This document shows, in pieces, positions 57,137 through 64,000 of a stretch of 64,000 bases of DNA. A model generated the notes under the pieces. It did not search any database and had not been told where the DNA came from. It was given only the letters and a program-made list of their open reading frames with translations. The stretch is from a bacterium. GTDB taxonomy: Bacteria; Bacillota_I; Bacilli_A; RFN20; CAG-826. Positions within the stretch are counted from its first letter, which is position 1. The number at the start of each line of letters is the position of its first letter. The DNA lies in the NCBI GenBank assembly GCA_963617535.1, contig CAVEPD010000005.1:20-64019 (forward strand). The letters are read 5' to 3'. Made by a program: the position numbers and the translations under genes.

Positions 57137-57201
57137 TTCCCCCAACAATGGGGATAGCCGTTTCAGGAAAGCTATTTGCAGGGGCATTTAAAGTAACATC
57201 C

Positions 57202-57253
57202 TTAGTGCCATGGCATTATAAATGGCACTAACGTGGCACTAAGATGGCACTAA
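57202..57253 (+). repeat. Phased 9-mer array: TTAGTGCCA|TGGCATTAT palindrome-like unit plus 3 perfect direct TGGCACTAA copies at 11-bp spacing
   Basis: Copies start at 57223, 57234 and 57245. A degenerate copy starts at 57211. The inverted copy is at 57202-57210. Confidence 0.85.
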
Positions 57254-57281
57254 GCCATATTTCGCGGTTATTCGCTTAGTC

Positions 57282-57314
57282 AAAAAAGAGCCTCAACCAT
57301 TTCGGAAGGGCTCT
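57282..57314 (-). terminator. Rho-independent terminator of the DUF1538/PII operon
   Basis: On the minus strand: AGAGCC-(16-nt loop)-GGCTCT followed by TTTTTT. Confidence 0.6.
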
Positions 57315-57322
57315 TGAGGAAC

Positions 57323-57676
57323 TTATTTGTCGCTAGAAGGCACAGGTTCTAATCCCACCGTGTCAGTGATGGGCAAAGAGAAGAGAATGCCGTTGCCTTT
57401 GGACTTAAGGCCAGCATCTTCGTAGATCACCTGCATGATGCGGTCGCGGTCGGAGGCGTCCACCACCATATAGACCATGTCTTTTTCAGGGGTTAAGGTG
57501 ATGCCGTAGAAAGAAGCCATCTCTGGGTCAGCGGTGCCTCTGGCGCTGCTGACGGTGCCTCCTCTAGCCCCGGCTTTTCTCGCCGCGTTCATGACGAGGT
57601 CAGAGAAGCCATGGTTCACGATGGCGAGGATGAGGTTCTTTTTCGTGCTGGCGACGTTATTTTGCTTTTCTTCCAT
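57323..57676 (-). CDS. PII-family (GlnB-like) small signalling protein
   Basis: LILAIVNHGFSDLVMNAARKAGARGGTVSSARGT...EKDMVYMVV...GILFSLPI. This is the pattern I associate with PII-like proteins encoded next to DUF1538 genes. Confidence 0.7.
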   Translation of the reverse strand: MEEKQNNVASTKKNLILAIVNHGFSDLVMNAARKAGARGGTVSSARGTADPEMASFYGITLTPEKDMVYMVVDASDRDRIMQVIYEDAGLKSKGNGILFSLPITDTVGLEPVPSSDK

Positions 57677-58109
57677 GTTTGCTTTCCTCCTGACGGATTT
57701 CTTTGTTTTGATCTGCTAAGAAGCGATAGGCCGCAATGCCTTGTACGGCGTCGATCGGGCAAGCGAAGGCAATGCCTTTCGCGGCCCTAGAGATTTCGAA
57801 GCGCTTCTCCGCGATCTCTTTCAAGGCCGGGATGAGCTCGCTCCGGCAGACGGTGACGACGATGTCCTTCTTCGTCTCCATCTCGCCAAGGACTGCGAGA
57901 ATCTCCTGGGGTGGCATCGAATGGGCGTAGAAGGTAAGCGACATCGAAGCCCCGGCGTTTTGATAGGCGGTCTCGTAATAATGCGATTGGTTACGCGAAA
58001 CGATGGTGAAGAAGAGCGATAAGCCGTATACCTTCTCTCTGCTCTCGAAGGGAGCCTGAGGGGTGGTCGCTTTGCTCTTCTCGTTCTTTTTGCGGTGCGC
58101 GAAGCTCAT
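57657..58109 (-). CDS. Second, divergent PII-like small protein
   Basis: 150 aa. Core LSLFFTIVSRNQ...AGASMSLTFYAH...DIVVTVCRSE...GIAFACPI repeats the same beta-alpha-beta pattern. 4-nt and 20-nt overlaps with its neighbours. Confidence 0.55.
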   Translation of the reverse strand: MSFAHRKKNEKSKATTPQAPFESREKVYGLSLFFTIVSRNQSHYYETAYQNAGASMSLTFYAHSMPPQEILAVLGEMETKKDIVVTVCRSELIPALKEIAEKRFEISRAAKGIAFACPIDAVQGIAAYRFLADQNKEIRQEESKHGRKAK

Positions 58110-59746
58110 GCGTTTTCCTCCTGTTCTAAGGGCAAGTGGATAAGCTGGTTGTCATCCTCTTCAAGGACGCGACGAAGCGCCTTGTGGTTCTGGACCTCGA
58201 TCTTGACCTGGGAGAACAAGCCAAGGAGTTCAATCGCGAGGATTGGCATCATCGACATGATGCCCACGACCCCAAAGCCATAGGACATGATCATCTCGCC
58301 TAAAGATTCCGAGCCAACAAAGCTCTTTTGAACATAGGCGAGGAACATTGGAAGGAAGAAGCAAGAAGCCATGGCTCCTGTCGCCACCCCTGCCGCGTCA
58401 ATGGCAATGCCCACATATATAGTCGGAACGAAGTAGCTTAACACCAAGGCCGCTAAGAACATCGGGACGGCGAAGTAGAGATAATCAATCTGGTAGTTCA
58501 CGCGGAAGATGTTGAGCATGATGGCAAGCCCGATTGCGATGCAAAGGAAGATGTAGATCATCACTTCCGAGATGACGCCGTGGCTGACTTCAGCGACGTT
58601 ATCCGCGAGAACCTTGACGGAAGGCTCGGCGAGCATCGCCACCGCGCCAAAGAGGAAGCCGATTAACAAGAACAAGGGCAGGTTATTGTTTTGAGCGAAG
58701 TATTCGCCATAACGGGTACCTGCAGGGATAAACCCGCTTTCCGCGCCCATCAAGAAGAAGATAAGTCCGAAGAAGGTATAGACAAGACCAACAACTACGG
58801 AGATGACTTCCTTCTTGGGGAGTTTGAGGAAGATATTGAAGACGAAGAAGAAGATAGTGATCGGGGCGATAGAGATCGCAACGTCCTTCAAAGCGCTTAA
58901 AAAGTTGCTTAGATAGAAGGAACCAATCGCCGCATAGCCATCGGTAGCGAAGGCATCAAGCCCCTCGAAGAAGTTCTTCGTGGAGAGGATCTCCTGGATT
59001 CGAGTAATCCCGTCCGTGTTCTTAAGAATGATAGAGAAGACCAAGACGGCCAGGACTGTGCCTAAAGAGCATAGACCAGAGTAGCCGAAGGAGTCGCCCC
59101 CAGAGTTATCGCCTAGGCTTCTAGCAACGGATACGCCGATCGCGATGATGAAGGGGACGGTCACAACACCTGTAGTGACCCCACCGGCATCGAAGATGAT
59201 CGAGAAGAAGGATTTGTCCGCGAATAAGGCAAGGGTGAAGACGAATAAATACCCAATGGTAAGCCAGTACTTAAGGGGTTTATTGAAGATGACTCTTACT
59301 AAAGCGACGAGCATGAATATGCCGACGCCAATCGCGCAAATGACAATTAAAGACCAGTCAGGGCCATTTGGAGAGATGCGGCTAGCAAGAACGGAAAGGT
59401 CGGGTTCAGCTAGAGTAGCGAGCACGCCCATCAGCAAACCAATGAAAAGCAACCAGCCGATGGTTTTCTTTTTCGTAAGCCTAGTACCAACGATATCGCC
59501 GATCTTGACTAAGCTCTTCTCCACGCCAACGTTGAATAAGGTGGTGCCTAAAACAAGAGGCACGATAGAGATGAGCAAAGAGGTCATAATGGGGCCGAAC
59601 TTGGATCCATCCTCTTCTATAGACATATTAGGAATGCAAAGGGCGACGATAATCATCACTGCCACAACAGGGAGTATCGCGAAAAGAGCCTCTTTGAACT
59701 TTGGCATGATGCCGTGGAATACTTGAGATACGGTAGTTTTATTCAT
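58106..59746 (-). CDS. Polytopic membrane protein made of two DUF1538-like repeats
   Basis: AAGGAGG SD ahead of the ATG at 59746. The two halves each carry ...LAEPDLSVLA / ...LAEPSVKVLA after a similar TM pattern. Matches my recollection of Pfam DUF1538. Confidence 0.7.
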   Translation of the reverse strand: MNKTTVSQVFHGIMPKFKEALFAILPVVAVMIIVALCIPNMSIEEDGSKFGPIMTSLLISIVPLVLGTTLFNVGVEKSLVKIGDIVGTRLTKKKTIGWLLFIGLLMGVLATLAEPDLSVLASRISPNGPDWSLIVICAIGVGIFMLVALVRVIFNKPLKYWLTIGYLFVFTLALFADKSFFSIIFDAGGVTTGVVTVPFIIAIGVSVARSLGDNSGGDSFGYSGLCSLGTVLAVLVFSIILKNTDGITRIQEILSTKNFFEGLDAFATDGYAAIGSFYLSNFLSALKDVAISIAPITIFFFVFNIFLKLPKKEVISVVVGLVYTFFGLIFFLMGAESGFIPAGTRYGEYFAQNNNLPLFLLIGFLFGAVAMLAEPSVKVLADNVAEVSHGVISEVMIYIFLCIAIGLAIMLNIFRVNYQIDYLYFAVPMFLAALVLSYFVPTIYVGIAIDAAGVATGAMASCFFLPMFLAYVQKSFVGSESLGEMIMSYGFGVVGIMSMMPILAIELLGLFSQVKIEVQNHKALRRVLEEDDNQLIHLPLEQEENA

Positions 59747-60107
59747 TGGGGTTCCTCCTTCTGCGGTAGTGTAACATTGAACGAGAAATCTAAGCGACAA
59801 AAATTAACAACTTTCCTTCGGGCTTAGCCTATTTTTGGACGAATTCGAAGCTGAGGTCTAAAAAGGGTTGTATCAAAGGACGCTAGGCGAGAAAACGACT
59901 TCTTTTGTCCTGAAAACAGCAAAGTGAAGTTTTTTCCTGCTTTCCCGCGTAGAATAAGGGCATGCCAAATAACGAGGGGTCGTCAAAAACCCTTGAAAAT
60001 GGGGCGAAGCGGCCAGTTAATTCAACCTCGTTATGTCTAGCATTACCCTCGGCTTCCGCGACACTCATTTCTATAAGAGAACACGCCGCTGAGGAGCGCC
60101 CCTTCGA

Positions 60108-62207
60108 TTGAAAATTCGCAGCAACATGGCAAAGAAAGAAAAAAAGACTTTCAAAATAAAACGGTGGCAATGGGCCGCCGCTGGCCTCATGGTGATCGAC
60201 GCCATCGGCGCTTCCGGCGGATATTTAGCCGCCCTTATTCTCCGATTTGGCTGCTCTTTCAGCAAAATCCCAAGCGAATATCTGCGGGCATGGCTCTATT
60301 TCATGCCCATCTATGTCGCCATCACGATTCTGGTTTGCTTCCTTTTAAGATTATATCGTTCCATCTGGCGTTTCGCCTCTTTGGTGGAGCTCAGGCGTCT
60401 ATGCATCGCCGCGATCCTCCTTGGATCGCTGCACACCATCGGCATCACCCTAATTTTCCACAGGATGCCGATTTCCTATTACATCATCGGCTTGCTATTT
60501 CAATTCCTTCTAATGACCTTCGCCCGGTTCTTCTACCGCTTCTTCGCCAGCGAGAAATCGCAGCTATTGAAAAGCGACGACGAAAATGGGAAACGAGTCA
60601 TGGTCATCGGCGCGGGCGATGCGGGCCAAAGCATCGTCCACGACCTAATCAGCAACAAGGATACTTCGGACATGCCCGTCTGCATCATCGATGACAACAA
60701 GGACACCTGGGGAAGGATGATCGACGGGGTGAAGATCGTCGGAGGGAGAGAAGACATTCTTCTGAACGTCGAGAAGTACAAAGTCGATAAGATCTACCTC
60801 TCCATCCCCTCGGCAAGCGCCGAAGCCAAAAGAGACATCCTGAATATCTGCCAGGAGACGAGCTGCGAGCTCAAAAACCTCCCCGGCATTCGTGAGATCA
60901 TCGACGGCAAAGTAGACACAAGCGACATGAAGAACGTCACCATCGAAGACCTCTTGGGCAGAGACCCCATCAAGGTCGATAGCGAGGAGACCTTCCGCTT
61001 CCTGAAGGACAAGGTCGTCCTCGTCACCGGCGGCGGAGGCTCCATCGGCAGCGAGCTCTGCCGCCAGATCGCCGCTCACAGTCCTAAACAATTACTTATC
61101 TTCGACATCTACGAGAACAACGCCCACGCGATCGCCTTGGAGATCAAGGACAGATACCCGAACCTCAACATGATCCCCCTCATCGGATCCGTCAGGGACT
61201 CGGGCAGGATCAACGAGGTGTTCCGCAAATACAAGCCGGACGTCGTCTTCCACGCGGCCGCGCATAAGCACGTGCCTTTAATGGAAGTGAGCCCCTGCGA
61301 GGCCATCAAGAACAACGCGGTGGGCACCTACAAGACGGCTTATGCAGCCCTAGCCAACGGCTGCAAGAGGTTCGTGCTCATCTCCACCGACAAAGCAGTC
61401 AACCCCACGAACATCATGGGCGCCTCCAAGCGCCTTTGCGAGATGATCATCCAGAGCTTCGCCGCGAAGGTGAAGGATGGCTCCGCCAAGGACATGCAGC
61501 CCATCAGCCTGCACGATTCGATCGAGCCCGGCAGGGAGGAGCCCTTCTGGAAGATCGAGGGAACCCCGAAGACCGAGTTCGTCGCGGTCAGGTTCGGCAA
61601 CGTCTTGGGGAGCAACGGCTCCGTCGTCCCCCGGTTCAAGCAGCAGATCGAAGCGGGAGGCCCGGTCACCGTCACCGACCCCGAGATCATCCGCTACTTC
61701 ATGACGATCCCCGAGGCCGCCTCGCTCGTCCTGGAAGCGGGGGCCTACGCTAAAGGAGGGGAGATCTTCGTCCTCGACATGGGCTCCCCAGTCAAGATCG
61801 ACACCCTCGCCCGAAACATGATCAAGCTCTCCGGCTACCGCCCCGACATCGACATCAAGATCGAATACACCGGGCTCCGCCCTGGCGAGAAGCTGTACGA
61901 GGAGAAGCTCATGAACGAGGAGGGTCTTCAGAGCACGAAGAACAAGCTCATCCACATCGGCAAGCCCATCCCCTTCGACGTCGACACCTTCTTAGAGCAG
62001 CTCAAGATGCTTCTAGGCGCCGCTTACGAGGAGAAGGAAGACCAGATCAAAGACATCGTGTCTGAGGTCGTGACCACCTATCACCCCGCGGGAGAGCATG
62101 GCTCCCATAAAAAGGGGGAGGCCTATGAGAAACAGCTCGAGCAGATGAAAGAGAAGGAAAAGAGCGAAAAGCTTGCTTCCACGCCTGTTACGAACCCAGG
62201 GGTCTAG
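60108..62207 (+). CDS. Membrane-anchored polysaccharide biosynthesis protein, CapD/PglF-like NDP-sugar 4,6-dehydratase (TTG start 60108, or ATG 60126)
   Basis: Four N-terminal TM segments, then Rossmann motifs VMVIGAGDAG and VTGGGGSIGSEL, and the SDR catalytic region STDKAV...ASK. Confidence 0.85.
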   Translation: MKIRSNMAKKEKKTFKIKRWQWAAAGLMVIDAIGASGGYLAALILRFGCSFSKIPSEYLRAWLYFMPIYVAITILVCFLLRLYRSIWRFASLVELRRLCIAAILLGSLHTIGITLIFHRMPISYYIIGLLFQFLLMTFARFFYRFFASEKSQLLKSDDENGKRVMVIGAGDAGQSIVHDLISNKDTSDMPVCIIDDNKDTWGRMIDGVKIVGGREDILLNVEKYKVDKIYLSIPSASAEAKRDILNICQETSCELKNLPGIREIIDGKVDTSDMKNVTIEDLLGRDPIKVDSEETFRFLKDKVVLVTGGGGSIGSELCRQIAAHSPKQLLIFDIYENNAHAIALEIKDRYPNLNMIPLIGSVRDSGRINEVFRKYKPDVVFHAAAHKHVPLMEVSPCEAIKNNAVGTYKTAYAALANGCKRFVLISTDKAVNPTNIMGASKRLCEMIIQSFAAKVKDGSAKDMQPISLHDSIEPGREEPFWKIEGTPKTEFVAVRFGNVLGSNGSVVPRFKQQIEAGGPVTVTDPEIIRYFMTIPEAASLVLEAGAYAKGGEIFVLDMGSPVKIDTLARNMIKLSGYRPDIDIKIEYTGLRPGEKLYEEKLMNEEGLQSTKNKLIHIGKPIPFDVDTFLEQLKMLLGAAYEEKEDQIKDIVSEVVTTYHPAGEHGSHKKGEAYEKQLEQMKEKEKSEKLASTPVTNPGV

Positions 62208-62453
62208 CGAAAGCTAGGCCTCTTTTTCGTTCGCCTTAGGGGGTTGCTTGTGTTTGCTTATTGGCCCGCGACAAAAGAAGGAAAGAGAGCTATCCCTAAA
62301 GGCCCATAAACGCCTCTAGGGAGGGATCGCCATATTAAACAAGGGTTTCTCTTTGGCTGGAGCCTTTTGGCCCTAGGAGCCTCTTAGGGGCTTCTAGGGC
62401 ACCTGTAGCCTGCGAAGAACGTCCCCATATCAAAAATAGTCCAACTGGGCTTG

Positions 62454-62481
62454 TTGCAATAAAAGCCTAGGAGATTATCAT
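62454..62481 (+). promoter_or_regulatory. Strong sigma-70-type promoter placed for a (near-)leaderless aminotransferase mRNA
   Basis: TTGCAA (62454-62459), 16-nt spacer, TATCAT (62476-62481). The ATG at 62491 is 9 nt downstream with no SD. Confidence 0.55.
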
Positions 62482-62490
62482 TGCCTCGAT

Positions 62491-63723
62491 ATGAAGGAAG
62501 CAGTGGCGGGACGTTCGAAAATGAAAGTCGCGAAGAACGACATCATCGCAATTTCGAACTTGGCTAGACTAGACAAAGCGAAGGGGAACACCATCATCAA
62601 TGGTTCGATCGGGGTGTTTCTAAACGAAGACGGATCCTTAGGGCAAATCCGAACCATTGATGATGCCCTGAAGGAGCATATCTGCGATCGTCTGGGTTAT
62701 CCCGCTTCCATCGGGGATAAGGAATACCTAGAAGCCGTGGAGCATTGGGTATTCGAAGAGAACTATTCTAGAATCCATGAGCTATATCATGTCTTCACTG
62801 GGGCTAGCCTAGGGGGGACTGGGGCGATCAGCAACGCCTTCAACGTGTTCCTTGATGAAGGGGAGAGCGTCTTGCTCCCCAACATCATGTGGAACAACTA
62901 CAAGCTCCTCGCGAAGAAAGCCAAAGCGAAGAGGGAGCTTTATGATCTTTTTGATGATAAGGGGGGATTCAACGTCTCTTCGCTTCAGGAGCATATCTCC
63001 TCTAGCTTAACTAGGGACGGCAGAGTTCTCGCGGTCATCAATGACCCTTGCGAGAACCCTACCGGCTATTGCCTAAGCGAAGAGGAATACGACGCCCTGT
63101 TTACGATGCTTAACGAAGAGGGCAAGAAAGGGAAGCTCATCGTCTTGTTCGACATCGCTTACCTTTCTTACTACGCCCTCCCTGGCTCGAAATGCAAGCT
63201 CATCGATAAGTTAGCGGAAGCTAAGCCTAGCTTCCTGCCTCTTATCGCCTTTAGCTGCTCGAAGGTGTTCGCTTTATATGGTATGAGATTGGGGGCGTTA
63301 TTAGCCCTTGCCTCTAACGCAGAAGAGAGAGAGGACATCTCTAGCGCTTATGGCGCACAGGCTAGGGGCACTTATTCTTGCCCAGTTGGGGCAAGCGGCT
63401 ACGCCGTTAGCCTAGCCATGGGCGATCCCTCTAAGAAAGAAGCGCTTCTAAAAGAGATACAAGCCAACAAAGAGGTCCTAAGAGTAAGAGGGGAGATTCT
63501 CCTAAAAGAACTAGATAAAGCCAAGATCGAGCACTATCCTTATCGCTCTGGTTTCTTCCTTACCATCAAGGTGGCTAGAAACGCGGAAGAGGTCTATGAA
63601 GCCCTTAGGGCGAAGCACATCTACATCGTCCCGCTCAATGAGCATGACATGAGGATCGCTTTAAGCGGATTAAACGAAGAGGAATGCGTGAAGCTCGTTA
63701 GAGAACTTAAAGCGGTCCTCTAA
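62491..63723 (+). CDS. Class I/II (AspC/TyrB-like) PLP-dependent aminotransferase
   Basis: 410 aa. NGSIGV N-terminal region and PLP-lysine region FSCSKVFALYGMRLG. Confidence 0.75.
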   Translation: MKEAVAGRSKMKVAKNDIIAISNLARLDKAKGNTIINGSIGVFLNEDGSLGQIRTIDDALKEHICDRLGYPASIGDKEYLEAVEHWVFEENYSRIHELYHVFTGASLGGTGAISNAFNVFLDEGESVLLPNIMWNNYKLLAKKAKAKRELYDLFDDKGGFNVSSLQEHISSSLTRDGRVLAVINDPCENPTGYCLSEEEYDALFTMLNEEGKKGKLIVLFDIAYLSYYALPGSKCKLIDKLAEAKPSFLPLIAFSCSKVFALYGMRLGALLALASNAEEREDISSAYGAQARGTYSCPVGASGYAVSLAMGDPSKKEALLKEIQANKEVLRVRGEILLKELDKAKIEHYPYRSGFFLTIKVARNAEEVYEALRAKHIYIVPLNEHDMRIALSGLNEEECVKLVRELKAVL

Positions 63724-63789
63724 AAAAACCGCCGATATCAAATCGTTGTCGTATTATTGAGTACGGCATTATTAAAGGAGATACAATAA

Positions 63790-64000
63790 ATGAAAGTTCT
63801 ATTCTCCCCTCCGGATATTTCCGAGCTTGAAATCAATGAGGTCGCCGAAGCGTTGCGCTCTGGCTGGATCACCACTGGGCCTCGTACGAAACTATTGGAA
63901 AAAGAGATTGCTGAATGGATTGGCGTGCCTAAGTGCGTTTGCCTCAATTCCCAAACCGCCTGCGGCGAGCTTGCCTTACGCGTTTTGGGCATCGGCCCTG
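63790..64000 (+). CDS. DegT/DnrJ/EryC1/StrS-family sugar aminotransferase, N-terminal fragment (continues past the window end)
   Basis: AAGGAG SD. MKVLFSPPDISELEINEVAEALRSGWITTGPRTKLLEKEIAEW... matches the family N-terminus. Not in the ORF track because there is no stop inside the window. Confidence 0.75.
   Translation, partial: MKVLFSPPDISELEINEVAEALRSGWITTGPRTKLLEKEIAEWIGVPKCVCLNSQTACGELALRVLGIGP

Noticed and set aside
57223-57260. Reading the TGGCAC-N5-TGGCA repeats as a bona fide sigma-54 promoter.
   Set aside because: The -12 element is TGGCA rather than TTGCA. The resemblance is an automatic consequence of an 11-bp repeat. Nothing in the window indicates rpoN or an enhancer-binding protein. 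It is kept only as an alternative in the repeat finding.
59883-60170. A 95-aa minus-strand ORF upstream of the CapD-like gene.
   Set aside because: No SD. It overlaps the start of the CapD-like gene and its composition is not protein-like. The region is treated as untranslated leader instead.
60645-61955. Overlapping and antisense ORFs inside the CapD-like gene (for example 61350-61955 minus, 201 aa; 60645-61091 minus, 148 aa; 61436-61753 plus, 105 aa).
   Set aside because: This is a by-product of the locally very high GC content. The sense frame has clear Rossmann/SDR motifs, and the alternatives are Arg/Gly/Pro-rich nonsense.
63738-63992. An 84-aa minus-strand ORF at the window end.
   Set aside because: The opposite strand encodes an SD-preceded DegT-family N-terminus with a convincing motif pattern.
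1-64000. Checked for the alternative genetic code (TGA=Trp), CRISPR arrays, IS elements, integrases, prophage genes and toxin-antitoxin or defence cassettes.
   Set aside because: All well-supported genes are intact under the standard code, and several end in TGA (for example htpG, ychF, ispF). I saw no direct-repeat/spacer arrays and no transposase-, integrase- or phage-like proteins among the ORFs.

Overview
The window reads as core chromosome of a low-GC Gram-positive-type bacterium (Bacillota or wall-less Mycoplasmatota-like). Evidence for this: RNA polymerase delta subunit, RNase Y, type-B RNase P RNA, GpsB, RecU, DnaD, a sufCDSUB operon, and long stretches of Bacillus subtilis-like gene order. 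The standard genetic code applies, because several genes end in TGA and none needs TGA read-through. GC looks mid-40s % by eye.

About 60 protein genes are densely packed, mostly on the minus strand. Many have 4-nt ATGA or larger start/stop overlaps. There is also a partial tRNA-Leu and rnpB. I saw no CRISPR array, transposase, integrase, prophage or recognisable defence system.

The best candidate for an undescribed system is at 55.4-59.7 kb. Two convergent transporter modules each carry small PII-like proteins: a fused double-DUF1538 membrane protein with two PII-like proteins, facing a small PII-fold-like protein coupled to a CPA2 antiporter. An 11-bp-phased TGGCACTAA repeat array lies between their terminators.

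Other points worth a second look:
- a MiaB fused to a YmcA/RicA-like domain, next to rny-ymdB
- a recurring TATCAT-N7/9-ATG (near-)leaderless promoter/start architecture
- rnpB wedged with no spacing between gpsB and pgsA
- a half-size CCA-enzyme-like protein and a half-size SufD
- paired palindromes upstream of suf
- a compositionally mosaic sugar-modification locus at the 3' end

All family assignments come from reading the translated ORFs. No database search was run.
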